64,000 bases of DNA from an uncultured Acidobacteriota bacterium (GTDB lineage Bacteria > Acidobacteriota > Terriglobia > UBA7540). Location of the stretch: the NCBI GenBank assembly GCA_963804995.1, contig CAWDSK010000001.1, forward strand, positions 576,001-640,000. The letters are read 5' to 3'. The notes beneath the pieces were generated by a model that had not been told where the DNA came from, searched no databases, and saw nothing but the letters and a program-made list of their open reading frames with translations. A program made the translations under genes and the position numbers. Positions 30,153 through 40,173 of this stretch are shown piece after piece; position 1 is the stretch's first letter, and the number at the start of each line of letters is the position of its first letter.

Positions 30153-30587
30153 TTACTGCTTCGGGGCGGGGATGGTGAGGTTGAGCACCAGATGTGTACG
30201 TATATCCACTGAGCTGACCTTCCGGACCTCTGAGGAAGCCCCCTTGAACGTGGCCTTAATCGTGTAATCGTGCGAAAGTGAGAGGTCGGCATACTGGTAC
30301 TGGCCTCCCTCCTGAGAGTAGATCTCCAGCACCTTCCCGGTCTGGAGATCAGTCAGCTCCACCGTCGCACCTTCAATCCCATTCTCCGTCGCGTCCATCA
30401 CTTGGCCGGTGACGGTTTTTGACGGAGGTTTCTTATCCTTGGCAAACCCTTCCGGGGCAAAAAGGATCAACGTCCCAACCAGGAGCAGGGCCGCAAGCGA
30501 AGCCGCTTTGCGGAGCGTGCCCTGAAATTCATCCCCCCGGTGCTGCCAACCGAATAGCGCTTTCACAATTGCTAGGCGTGAATTCAC
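30153..30587 (-). CDS. Exported carboxypeptidase-regulatory-like domain protein
   Basis: Signal-like segment, then VTGQVMDATENGIEGATVELT...GGQYQY...YTIKAT; start uncertain. Confidence 0.7.
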   Translation of the reverse strand: MNSRLAIVKALFGWQHRGDEFQGTLRKAASLAALLLVGTLILFAPEGFAKDKKPPSKTVTGQVMDATENGIEGATVELTDLQTGKVLEIYSQEGGQYQYADLSLSHDYTIKATFKGASSEVRKVSSVDIRTHLVLNLTIPAPKQ

Positions 30588-30588
30588 T

Positions 30589-30762
30589 CTACCAGGCCTC
30601 TTCTTCCTCTTCGGCTTCCTCGCTGGAAATGACGTCGATCTCCACCGGGTTAGTGTTCACCACTTCGAGCTCTGCGCCGCAATCGGGGCAATCCATCAGT
30701 GCCCCTTCTTCAACGTCGTCTTCAACATCAATCACGGCCTCGCACTCCGGGCAGTGAGCCAT
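30589..30762 (-). CDS. LysW-like Zn-ribbon carrier protein
   Basis: CPEC...CPDCGAELEVV and acidic tail, but ends EEEEEAW rather than EDWGE. Confidence 0.7.
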   Translation of the reverse strand: MAHCPECEAVIDVEDDVEEGALMDCPDCGAELEVVNTNPVEIDVISSEEAEEEEEAW

Positions 30763-31059
30763 AAAGCACCCCCAAAAGAACTCCCTGCTTCCCCCAGACA
30801 AGAGTCTAGTCATTTCCAAAGATGAAGTCCAGCGGGTCATCGACGTAAAGGGACGAAGTGACAGGCCATCCCAACATTGCGGTGGGCGTGAGTGTCCACC
30901 CGGTGGGGTCGCGACCTCCGGAGGCTTTTTGCCCTGATGGATTGGACGAACATGGCGGTTGGTTTTTGCCTCCATCTGGCTCTTTCCAATCCTGCCGTGC
31001 CGCGATACTCTGGAATCTCTTCGGAGCAGACCGGGGAATTAATCATCTCGAGGTGCGCC

Positions 31060-32238
31060 ATGAAGGACGATTTCAAATTCGCCACGCTTGCTGTGCACGC
31101 GGGGGAAGCCCCTTGCAAAATCACCGGGGCCATCGACACACCGATCTACCAATCCACCACGTTCGCCGCAGTGGATTCCGATGAAATGGCCGCGTTGTAC
31201 GCCGGAGAGAAGCCCGGATACACTTATGGGCGTTACGGGAATCCCACGGTCCACGCGTTGGAAGAAAAATTCGCGGCGCTCGAGGGCGGCGAAGCCGCGT
31301 TGGCCTTCGGCTCCGGCATGGCGGCTATTTCTTCTGCGATTCTGGGATACGTGAAAGCCGGTGATCATGTGGTGGCAGCGCGATCCCTTTACGGCGCAAC
31401 CTATGATTTCCTCAAGCGGGTACTCCCTGATCTGGGCGCCTCCGCAACCTTTGTGCAATCGACACGCCCCGAAGATTTCGAGAAGGCGATTCGGCCCAAT
31501 ACGCGCCTAATCTATTTGGAGACCCCCAGCAATCCCGTGCTGGAGATCCTGGACATCGCCGCGCTGGCCCGGATCGCCACAGCGCATGGCATCCCCTCCA
31601 TGATTGACAACACCTTCGCTTCGCCGGTGCTTCAACAACCCCTGAAAATGGGTGTGACCGTGGTGGTTCATGCCGCGACCAAGTATCTGTGCGGCCACGG
31701 TGACGCGATGGGAGGCGCCGTCATTGGCCCCCAGGACTACATCCGCCACCTCAATCTCCATGTCCTCCGCGACTTCGGCGGGGTCATGAGCCCCTTTAAC
31801 GCCTGGCTTATCCTGCGTGGAATCCACACCCTGCACCTTCGCGTTCCAGCACAATGCGCCAACGCCCAGAAGATCGCTGAATTCCTGGCTCAACACCCTA
31901 AGGTTGCGCATGTCAACTACCCCGGCCTCCCGGCTCATCCCGGCCACGACCTGGCCAAGCGGCAGATGAAAGGCTTTGGAGCCATGATGAGTTTTGAGGC
32001 CAAAGCGGGTTACGAGGGCGGGAAGCAAGTCATGAATCGAGTCAGGATCTTCGCCCGTGCCGCCAGCCTGGGCGACACGCGCTCGCTGATTGTGCACTCC
32101 GCCTCCACCAGCCATCAAGCCGTTCCGCGTGACCAGCGGCTCGCCATTGGGATCACCGATGGCTTGGTGCGCCTGTCGATAGGGGTCGAGGCCGCGGAGG
32201 ACCTTATCCAGGACCTCGATCAGGCGCTGGCATTTTGA
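31060..32238 (+). CDS. PLP-dependent Cys/Met metabolism enzyme (methionine gamma-lyase / cystathionine gamma-synthase family)
   Basis: PIYQSTTF, YGRYGNPT, GSGMAAI, ETPSNP, DNTFASP, ATKYLCGH, SLGD, RLSIG. Confidence 0.9.
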   Translation: MKDDFKFATLAVHAGEAPCKITGAIDTPIYQSTTFAAVDSDEMAALYAGEKPGYTYGRYGNPTVHALEEKFAALEGGEAALAFGSGMAAISSAILGYVKAGDHVVAARSLYGATYDFLKRVLPDLGASATFVQSTRPEDFEKAIRPNTRLIYLETPSNPVLEILDIAALARIATAHGIPSMIDNTFASPVLQQPLKMGVTVVVHAATKYLCGHGDAMGGAVIGPQDYIRHLNLHVLRDFGGVMSPFNAWLILRGIHTLHLRVPAQCANAQKIAEFLAQHPKVAHVNYPGLPAHPGHDLAKRQMKGFGAMMSFEAKAGYEGGKQVMNRVRIFARAASLGDTRSLIVHSASTSHQAVPRDQRLAIGITDGLVRLSIGVEAAEDLIQDLDQALAF

Positions 32239-32547
32239 TGGGAAGACCGCTTGATCTTCAGTTGCTTCAGCGGCCGCGGCGGGCCATTTTCTTAGAGGGG
32301 TCGGAGGGGCGGGGCTTCAGAGTTTGTGGAAGGAATCCGTCGGCGCTGCCCTTGTCGACGCCAGTTTTCTTCCCCTTGTCAGCACCACCCCGTCGCTCGG
32401 CGCGCCACCCCTCCTCATCTGAGTAGGGAAGTTCTGTAACCACTCCCCTCCTGATTTAGGAGGGGTGGTGCCCTGGGCGACGGGGTGGTTACCGGCAGCG
32501 CGCCGAGCGCCGGGGTGGTTACAGTGGCGCCTGGAGCGCCGGGGTGG

Positions 32548-33252
32548 TTATTCTTCGTTCTCAACTTCTGCTTTGAGTGCCGCGAGGTCCGGGATGATGA
32601 CCGTCTTGCCTTCCATCTTCACCAGCCCTTCAGCCTGAAAGCGGCTCAGGTTCCGCGAAACGAGTTCGCGGACGGTTCCAATGTGCGAGGCAAGTTCCTG
32701 ATTGCTTCCCAGTAATGTGAATTCGGTCCCACGCGCCGTCGATTTTCCACGTCGTTTGGCGAGGCGAAGCAACAGTGCTGCCAGCCGATGCCGGACCGTC
32801 GTGAATGAAAGCTCTTCAATAATTCCTACCAGCTTCCGAAGGCGCGCACCCACCACTTTTAGTACCTTTAGGGCAACTTCCGGATGTTCGAGGCAGAGCG
32901 CTTGAAAATCTTTCTTGCCGACAAATATCAAGGCCGTATCACCCAGGGCGACGGCAGAGGCAGGATAATTTCCACCATCGAATAAGGGCACCTCGGCAAC
33001 GGATTGCCCCGGAGCCTCTATGGTTAGCACCTGCTCGCGCCCGCCCGCCGATGTCTTAAAAACTTTTACCGCTCCCGATGCAACCACATGCAGGCCCTGG
33101 CAGGCTTCGCCCTCGGAAAAAACCACGGCGCCGCCCTCAAGCTTGTGCAGGACGGCGCGCTCCGCCAAGAATCCCAATTCTTTTTCCGAGAGGTCCCAAA
33201 ACATCGGGACCTTTTTAAGAATCGCGGCACGCGCTGCTTTGGACTCAGTCAT
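32548..33252 (-). CDS. Crp/Fnr-family transcriptional regulator
   Basis: cNMP-binding beta-barrel, HTH NQELASHIGTVRELVSR; no FNR N-terminal cysteines. Confidence 0.92.
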   Translation of the reverse strand: MTESKAARAAILKKVPMFWDLSEKELGFLAERAVLHKLEGGAVVFSEGEACQGLHVVASGAVKVFKTSAGGREQVLTIEAPGQSVAEVPLFDGGNYPASAVALGDTALIFVGKKDFQALCLEHPEVALKVLKVVGARLRKLVGIIEELSFTTVRHRLAALLLRLAKRRGKSTARGTEFTLLGSNQELASHIGTVRELVSRNLSRFQAEGLVKMEGKTVIIPDLAALKAEVENEE

Positions 33253-33338
33253 ACGCGACAATTTTAGCCCTGATTATCGAGATGCGGATATGTCTTCGCC
33301 CCAGGACCCGTTCGGAGGCAGCGAGTTCGAGCCACTCC

Positions 33339-34724
33339 TCACAACGGTAAGCGCAGCCGGGCTTCGCATCCTGTGCGATCTTTGCGATTCTCAAGCGTCA
33401 GGCTCCCGCCGTGGGCCTCTGCGATTTGCCGACTCAAGACCAGGCCGATTCCGGAGCCTGAGGGCTTGGTGGTGAAGAACGGAACGAAAAGGTTGGAGGT
33501 GTTCGCCAAGCCTGGCCCTTCATCCTGGATGCGCACCTCGAGTTGGTCACCTTGGCGAGCCCAGCCGACCTCAACTCCGCCTCCCGTTTCAAGCGCTGCA
33601 TCCACCGCGTTGCGGAGCAGATTGATGAGCAACTGTTCCAACTGGTCGGCATCCGCGCGAACCGTCACTTCCGGCCCGGGCAAGAGAGTAATCGCCGCCC
33701 GGCGCTCCAGTCCTGCCACGCGACGCACCAGGGCGCCCGCTTCCACCGGCCGGAGCGTCGGACTGGGCAGACGCGCCAGGCGCGCGTAGGCTTCCATGAA
33801 GCGGGTCAACGCCGCCGCACGCGCCTCAATCACTCCCAGTCCTTGACGCACATCGCCTTCCCAATCCGCGGGCCGCGGCTCCCGGTCCAGTATTCTTTCA
33901 AGAGTCCCGGCCATCGATTTGATGGGAGCCAGGGAATTGTTAAGCTCGTGGCCGAGCACGCGAATCAGTCGCTGCCACGCCTGACGTTCTTCTTCGCGCA
34001 GGGGGCGGCTCAAATCCGTCAGGACCAGCAGATGGTGCGGCTTCCCGCCCTCGCGGAAGGTGCTGCGCCGCATGCCCCAGCGTCCGGCTCCACCCGGGAA
34101 GGAGGTGGTCAGGGTTCGCGCCGGTTCCCCTTCCAGCCAATCCGCAAGTCCCAGTTCCTCGGCCGTGCGTCCCAGGATGCGCTCACTGGGCTTGCCGAGA
34201 AGCCGCTCGCCCGCGCGATTCATCAGCCGCAGGCACTCCTCGCCATCGAAGGTGAAAACGGCAACGTCGATTTCCTCCATCACTTTGCGCATCAGGGCGG
34301 TTGCTTCCAGCGCACCCAGCCGCCGGGCTCGCAGCATTTCGCTCAAGGCGTTCACTTCCACCATCACCTCTCCAAAAGCGTCGTCCGGGCGCGCGCCGCG
34401 AGCGCGGATGGAGTAATCCTCTTCGCGCAGAGCTGCCAGCAGGTTGGAAAGGGTTCGCAGCGGATAAACCAGACGGGAGCGGAGTGAAAGCGCGCCGCCC
34501 AACCAGAATGCCGCCACCAGCGCGGTTAGTGTCCAACGCGTGCGGTCCGTGTAGTCGCGAGACCAAAGCAGAATCACCGTCACCAGCACGGCGGGAAGTC
34601 CCGCAATCACCGCGGCCGTCAGGAGCTGGATTTCAAAGCGCATCTGCCGGCTGACGCGAGGTGAACGCCGGGAAGTGGCGTCGCGCCTGGTGGGCTCGGT
34701 CGCGAGAATCACTGGATTGCTCAC
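33339..34724 (-). CDS. PAS-containing sensor histidine kinase (NtrY-like)
   Basis: Two TMs, H-box GHELNNSLAPI, NLLRNA, DEGPG, FFTTK, GIGL. Confidence 0.9.
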   Translation of the reverse strand: MSNPVILATEPTRRDATSRRSPRVSRQMRFEIQLLTAAVIAGLPAVLVTVILLWSRDYTDRTRWTLTALVAAFWLGGALSLRSRLVYPLRTLSNLLAALREEDYSIRARGARPDDAFGEVMVEVNALSEMLRARRLGALEATALMRKVMEEIDVAVFTFDGEECLRLMNRAGERLLGKPSERILGRTAEELGLADWLEGEPARTLTTSFPGGAGRWGMRRSTFREGGKPHHLLVLTDLSRPLREEERQAWQRLIRVLGHELNNSLAPIKSMAGTLERILDREPRPADWEGDVRQGLGVIEARAAALTRFMEAYARLARLPSPTLRPVEAGALVRRVAGLERRAAITLLPGPEVTVRADADQLEQLLINLLRNAVDAALETGGGVEVGWARQGDQLEVRIQDEGPGLANTSNLFVPFFTTKPSGSGIGLVLSRQIAEAHGGSLTLENRKDRTGCEARLRLPL

Positions 34725-34734
34725 CTTTTCACCG

Positions 34735-36099
34735 CTACAAACCGTATTTCTTCATCCGGCGATAGAGGGCGCTTCGGCTCAGTCCCAGAGCGTCGGCGGC
34801 CGCGCTGACGTTTCCCTCATAGCGGGCCAGCGCTTTTTTGACCAGCAGGCACTCAACGTCTTCGAGACTCATCTCTTCCACATGTCCAACCCCCTCGCGG
34901 CCCGCCCGCAGGCCCAGGTCGCTCGAACGTACCGCATCGCCCTGGGCCATCAGAACCGCCCGTTCGACCGCGTGCTCGAGCTCACGGACATTGCCCGGCC
35001 AGGGGTATTCGAACAGCGCCTGCATTGCCGCGCTCTCAAAGCCTGACAGATGCTTTCGGTAGCGTTGCGCGAACTGGCGGAGGAAATAGTTCGCGAGCAG
35101 GGCCAGGTCTTCACGCCGCCCCCGCAAAGGTGGAAGCGCAATCTCAATAGTATTCAACCGGAAGAGCAGGTCTTCACGAAACCGTCCGGCGTGGATTTCC
35201 TGGGCGACGTCAGCGTTGGTCGCTGACAAGACGCGCACATCCACCCGCCGAGTCTTCGATGAGCCCACGCGCTCAAGTTCTCCCGTTTCGAGCACCCGCA
35301 GCAGCTTGGCTTGCAGATTTAACGGAACGTTGGCGATTTCGTCGAGGAATAGCGTCCCCCCGTCCGCGAGTTCGAACCGGCCCACGCGATCCGCTTTGGC
35401 GTCCGTAAAGGCGCCCTTGACGTGGCCGAACAACTCGCTTTCGAAGACGCCTTCGGAAAGGCCGCCTGCGTTCACAGTGACCATGGGCCGCGAAGCGCGT
35501 TCGGACAAGACGTGCAAACTTCGCGCCACCACTTCCTTGCCCGTGCCGTGCTCGCCGGTGATCAACACATTCGCATCGGAAGGACCGACGCGCCCGATCA
35601 GGTCGAGCACCGGCCGCATGGCCGGAGATTCCGCGATCAGGGTGGGCCGGCCTTCGGCTCGCAGCAGACGGTTTTCCGCTTCCAGGCGCTGCCCCTCGCG
35701 CAAGGCGCGGCTCAACTCCAATTGGGTTTTTAGAATCGACAGCAGGCGGGCATTTTCCCAGGGCTTCTGGATGAAATCGCGGGCCCCGCGGCGCATGGCC
35801 TCCACAGCGATTTCCACGCTGCCCCAGGCGGTCATCACCACCACGGGCAGCGTGCTGTCCATACTCTGCACGCGCGTTAGCAGGTCAAGCCCCTCCTGCC
35901 CGGAGGTAGTGTCTCGAGCGTAGTTCAGATCCATCAGCAGAAGGTCATAATCCGCCGCTTCGAGGAGGGCCAGAACCCCAGAGGGAGACGTAGCCGCCCG
36001 GGTCTCAAACCCTTCCGCCTTCAGCAATAGCCGCAGCGCCTCGATAACGTCAGCCTGGTCGTCGGCAATCAGGATTCGCGGCGGGTTTGTCGTCTTCAT
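34735..36099 (-). CDS. Sigma54-dependent response regulator
   Basis: Receiver domain, GEHGTGKE, GAFTDA, LFLDEI, WPGNVREL, Fis HTH. Confidence 0.93.
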   Translation of the reverse strand: MKTTNPPRILIADDQADVIEALRLLLKAEGFETRAATSPSGVLALLEAADYDLLLMDLNYARDTTSGQEGLDLLTRVQSMDSTLPVVVMTAWGSVEIAVEAMRRGARDFIQKPWENARLLSILKTQLELSRALREGQRLEAENRLLRAEGRPTLIAESPAMRPVLDLIGRVGPSDANVLITGEHGTGKEVVARSLHVLSERASRPMVTVNAGGLSEGVFESELFGHVKGAFTDAKADRVGRFELADGGTLFLDEIANVPLNLQAKLLRVLETGELERVGSSKTRRVDVRVLSATNADVAQEIHAGRFREDLLFRLNTIEIALPPLRGRREDLALLANYFLRQFAQRYRKHLSGFESAAMQALFEYPWPGNVRELEHAVERAVLMAQGDAVRSSDLGLRAGREGVGHVEEMSLEDVECLLVKKALARYEGNVSAAADALGLSRSALYRRMKKYGL

Positions 36100-36283
36100 G
36101 TGATTGGATTCCGCTCCGGCAGTTAGATGTGATGGCCCCACCAAACACCACCCTCGGCGGGAATTCTAGCACGTCCGCGCCCGTGGGGACCTGTCCCCTG
36201 GAGTTTTTGTAGTGCATTAGGGTGGGCAACGGCGTGAAATCCCTCTCCTCCGAAAAGGACAAAAGTACCTGCCTGATCCACCC

Positions 36284-36314
36284 TGTGACTTAAGTTACAT
36301 GCAAATGGTTTGCA
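36284..36314. promoter_or_regulatory. Adjacent CRP-like box and 7-1-7 Fur/Mur-like box upstream of feoAB
   Basis: TGTGA-CTTAAG-TTACA (36284-36299) followed by TGCAAAT-G-GTTTGCA (36300-36314). Confidence 0.45.
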
Positions 36315-36393
36315 ATTAGCTAGTTTCAGGGTGAGGAGTTTTTAAGCATTTTGGCCTTTTGTCTGGAACCTACCTTGCCCTAATGGGGTTGGT

Positions 36394-36651
36394 ATGCGAG
36401 ACACAGCGAACTTTGACTCACCCATGAACCTCTACCAAGCTGACGACCACGCCCACCTTAGGATTCTTTTAATTACGGGTGGTTGGGATGTGCGTCGCTC
36501 CTTCAACCAGATGGGCATCCAGCCGGGCGATCGCGTCCGGGTATTACGTCGTGCCCCTTTTGGCGGTCCGCTGATGATTGACAACCGCGGCACCCAAGTT
36601 GCGGTTGGTAAGCAACTGGCGGAAAAGATCCGCGTTGAAGTCCTGCCGTGA
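36394..36651 (+). CDS. feoA: Ferrous iron transport protein A
   Basis: MGIQPGDRVRVLRRAPFGGPL...VAVGKQLAEKIRV; GTGA overlap with feoB. Confidence 0.92.
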   Translation: MRDTANFDSPMNLYQADDHAHLRILLITGGWDVRRSFNQMGIQPGDRVRVLRRAPFGGPLMIDNRGTQVAVGKQLAEKIRVEVLP

Positions 36652-38669
36652 AGGTCGCACTGGTCGGCCAACCCAATTCAGGTAAGAGTACTCTTTTTAA
36701 TGCCGTGGCGGGATACCGCTCGCTAACCTCAAACTTTTCCGGCACCACGGTAGAGTACACGTACGGTGAGGCGCGGGTGAATGGCGCCGTATTGGAACTG
36801 GTAGACTTGCCAGGCCTTTATTCCCTCACGCCAACCTCTCCGGTAGAAGCTGTCAGCCGGGATTTTCTGCTCGCCGGTGGGTGGGACGTCATCGTCAATG
36901 TATTGGACGCCTCGCAACTGGCGCGCAGCCTGGAGCTGACCCTCGAAGTGCTGGACCTCGAAGCCCCGTTGGTCATTTGCCTGAACATGATGGACGAAGC
37001 CGTGCGCAAAGGTATGACGATTGATTCGCGCGCCTTGGCAATCGCCTTGGGAGTGCCGGTGGTGGAAGCGACCACGGCGCGGGGGCGCGGCATCATGGAA
37101 ACCTTTCGGACGGCGCAAGCGGTGGGTGCTGCCGGGCACAACCGTACGCGCGCCTTCATTTACGCAAAGGATGCGGAAGTGGTGGTCGAGCAACTGGCGG
37201 AGAAGATTGCCGGAGTCACACACGCGCATGGGTCGCCGGCCCTTCAGACGCACGAAGCATCGGCCTCGGCTGCCCACACACCCGAACAACTTTCTGCCGT
37301 CAGCGTTGCAGTGGCGGAAGCCGGCGGCAGCGAAGCGCCGGAATTTCCTCCCGCACGCTTCCGAGCCCTCCAGTGGGTGCAGAGTGATCCCCTCGAAACC
37401 CGGCGCGAGGCCCCGGACGTAGCGCCGGCGGTAGAATGGGCGCAAGCTGAGATCGCGGTGCGCACAGGCCAGCCGGCGGATGCGGCAATCTCCGCGGCGC
37501 GGCACGCTGCCTGCCTCACACTTTTTGAGCGCGTGGTGCGTGTGGCGCGGCCCCGCACCGATTGGCGCGAGAAGTTGGATCGTCTGGTCATGCATCCCTT
37601 CTGGGGTTACGTGGCTTTGCTTGGTGTCTTTCTGGGATTCTTCCGCCTGATATTCGACGTGGGCAAGCTGGGTGAGGCCCGCATCCTGGCGGTCTTCGAC
37701 CTGCTGGTGGCGACGCTCGCGCAGCACCTTGACCCGCAGAGCGCACTCTTCGCAGCCACGAAAGGCGCCGTGTTGGGGACGGCCGGGGCGGTAGCCATCG
37801 TGCTGCCCTACCTCCTGCCGTTTCTCGTGGGCTTGGCGATTCTTGAAGACATCGGTTACCTCTCGCGTGTCGGTTACCTGATGGACGCCGCGATGCATCG
37901 CCTGGGACTGCATGGCACGGCCACCCTGCCGATACTGGTGGGCTACGGATGCAGCGTACCGGCCGTGATGGCCACGCGCATCCTCACTTCCCGGCGTGAC
38001 CGCTTTATCGCGGCATTCCTGGCGGTGCTGGTGCCCTGCTCGGCGCGCATGACGGTGATCTTCGCGCTGGTGGGCTTCTATCTGGGGGCGAATTACGCTC
38101 TCGGCATCTACGCACTGAACATTGTGGTAGTAGCTCTCGCGGGACACGTGCTAGCGCGCCTCTGGCCGGAAATTTCACCCGGCATGCTGCTTGAAGTTCC
38201 CGCCTACCGAGTGCCTGCGCCGCGCGTGGTGGCGCTCAAAACCTGGTGGCGACTGCGGGAATTTGTTTTGGTGGCGTTTCCACTGCTGGTGGTGGGGAGC
38301 GTGTTGCTGAGTCTTGTGGATTTCTACGGCTGGCAACATGGCATCAATGCGGCGCTCTCACCGCTCACGGCGCTGCTGGGATTGCCACGCTCCGTGGGCC
38401 TGACGCTGATTTTCGGCGTGCTGCGCAAAGAACTGTCGCTCTTGATGCTAATGCAGGCGCTCGGCACAACCCATGTGCTGGGCGTCATGACCGCGGCGCA
38501 AATCCTGATCTTCACCCTCTTCGTAACTTTCTACCTGCCTTGCATGGCCACGCTCGCCTCCCTGCTGCGCGAACTCGGCTGGCGACTGACCCTCGCCGCG
38601 TCAACTGCACTGCTCGCACTGGCCATCGTCATCAGCCTCGCGGCGCGCGGGATACTGGCGCTTTTGTAG
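36648..38669 (+). CDS. feoB: Ferrous iron transport protein B
   Basis: GQPNSGKS, DLPGLYSL, NMMD, GYGCSVPA, VPCSAR, YLPC. Confidence 0.95.
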   Translation: MKVALVGQPNSGKSTLFNAVAGYRSLTSNFSGTTVEYTYGEARVNGAVLELVDLPGLYSLTPTSPVEAVSRDFLLAGGWDVIVNVLDASQLARSLELTLEVLDLEAPLVICLNMMDEAVRKGMTIDSRALAIALGVPVVEATTARGRGIMETFRTAQAVGAAGHNRTRAFIYAKDAEVVVEQLAEKIAGVTHAHGSPALQTHEASASAAHTPEQLSAVSVAVAEAGGSEAPEFPPARFRALQWVQSDPLETRREAPDVAPAVEWAQAEIAVRTGQPADAAISAARHAACLTLFERVVRVARPRTDWREKLDRLVMHPFWGYVALLGVFLGFFRLIFDVGKLGEARILAVFDLLVATLAQHLDPQSALFAATKGAVLGTAGAVAIVLPYLLPFLVGLAILEDIGYLSRVGYLMDAAMHRLGLHGTATLPILVGYGCSVPAVMATRILTSRRDRFIAAFLAVLVPCSARMTVIFALVGFYLGANYALGIYALNIVVVALAGHVLARLWPEISPGMLLEVPAYRVPAPRVVALKTWWRLREFVLVAFPLLVVGSVLLSLVDFYGWQHGINAALSPLTALLGLPRSVGLTLIFGVLRKELSLLMLMQALGTTHVLGVMTAAQILIFTLFVTFYLPCMATLASLLRELGWRLTLAASTALLALAIVISLAARGILALL

Positions 38670-38715
38670 TCTCACTCATTGCGATCTGATTCGACGTGCG
38701 ACGCTGGCAGTAAGC

Positions 38716-39259
38716 GTAGCGCGGTCCCCCGTTTTTGGGGTCCGCGGTACTTCGTCACAATACATTCGCTCCATTGGCGCAGGAAGAGCCGCAGACCTCA
38801 ACGGCGGAGGTCTGCGCTACGTTTGCTCATGTGACTCCATCGTGTAGTGCACAATGCGGGTGTAGCGCGGTCCCCCGTTTTTGGGGTCCGCGGTACTTCG
38901 TCACAATACATTCGCTCCATTGGCGCAGGAAGAGCCGCAGACCTCAACGGCGGAGGTCTGCGCTACGTTTGCTCATGTGACTCCATCGTGTAGTGCACAA
39001 TGCGGGTGTAGCGCGGTCCCCCGTCTTTGGGGTCCGCGGCACTTCGTCACAATACATTCGCTCAATTGGCGCAGGAAGAACCGCAGACCTCAACGGCGGA
39101 GGTCTGCGCTACGTTTGCTCATGTGACTCCATCGTGTAGTGCACAATGCGGGTGTAGCGCGGTCCCCCGTCTTTGGGGTCCGCGGCACTTCGTCACAATA
39201 CATTCGCTCAAATGGCGCAGGAAGAACCGCAGACCTCAACGGCGGAGGTCTGCGCTACG
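38716..39259. repeat. 146-bp tandem array (~3.7 copies) of paired GTAG REP hairpins (BIME-like)
   Basis: Units start at 38716, 38862, 39008 and 39154; each has GTAGCGCGGTCCCCCG..GGGGTCCGCGG and an inverted CCGCAGACCTC..GAGGTCTGCGCTAC. Confidence 0.9.
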
Positions 39260-39336
39260 CGTGCTGCTGTGGCGTGTTGCAAGATGGCGGCAGCGAGAGG
39301 GCATGTTATACTTGGGGAGACGGCTGAGGAGCAGCG

Positions 39337-39565
39337 GTGAAGATCGACGATTACAAGACCATTCTCTATTGCCAGGAAGATGGCGCGTGGGTAGCAGAGA
39401 TCCCGGCTATTTCAGGATGTTACGCCCTGATGCCCACCCGCGAAGAAGCGCTTGCCGAGCTCTCCAGAGTCTTTGAATGGTGGTCGTGAGATTGGCCCGC
39501 CACTTTTCTTCAAAATCCTTCGCCAGCTTGGGATCACCTCCGCGCAGTTTCGGGAACTGCGATAA
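39337..39565 (+). pseudogene. hicB-hicA remnant with internal deletion
   Basis: MKIDDYKTILYCQEDGAWVAEIPAISGCYALMPTREEALAEL (HicB N-terminus) joined to GGREIGPPLFFKILRQLGITSAQFRELR* (HicA C-terminus). Confidence 0.65.
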
Positions 39566-39639
39566 CACACGCCACGGGGACTGCGACGACCGGGATCAGG
39601 GAGTTACGACTTCCCGGGTAGGCGGGGTGATGCAGAGCC

Positions 39640-40173
39640 TTAAGGCTCATCGCGGGGCAATACCTGGGTGCAGGCCGGGCAGAATTCCGCGCGTTTCAGG
39701 TCGATGCGTTCGACGCCGTTTGAGGCGCTCATTACGCAGGTGTAATCGGAGCAATGGCGCAGCCCGTAGGTGTGGCCGAGCTCGTGGAGGGCTTCTTTCA
39801 GCAAGCGGTCGTGGAGAAGTTCGGGGTCGCTGGGTAGACCGTAGAACTCCTGGCGCAGTCGATGCGCGGAAACCAGGGCCCCGCCGTCCGACATCTGCGC
39901 TTCACCGAAGACAAAAGTCAGGACGGGGATGTAGAGGTCTACCTCGGTCACTCCCAGCACCTTCCAACTATCGCTGGGCGGCCTCTCCAGAATCTTCTTC
40001 AGGATCTCGGAAGAGTGGTATTGCTGGCGCAGGGAGTTGTAGGCGAACTCCGTCTCCAACCCATCCGGCTGGATGGAACACGCCACCTGCAACCGCCGCG
40101 TCAGGCCCTCGGCAAGAGGTTCCAGAAGCGCCCGGTCCACTTTTCCAATTGGCATCAGCGAGATGATTCTCAT
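39640..40173 (-). CDS. Archaemetzincin-family Zn metalloprotease (M54)
   Basis: HELGHTYGLRHC metzincin motif plus C..CVM...CPAC Cys site; FVFGEA; ATGA overlap with the regulator. Confidence 0.9.
   Translation of the reverse strand: MRIISLMPIGKVDRALLEPLAEGLTRRLQVACSIQPDGLETEFAYNSLRQQYHSSEILKKILERPPSDSWKVLGVTEVDLYIPVLTFVFGEAQMSDGGALVSAHRLRQEFYGLPSDPELLHDRLLKEALHELGHTYGLRHCSDYTCVMSASNGVERIDLKRAEFCPACTQVLPRDEP

Noticed and set aside
38716..39259. Possible CRISPR array
   Set aside because: The whole 146-bp unit repeats, with no unique spacers, and no cas genes are in the window
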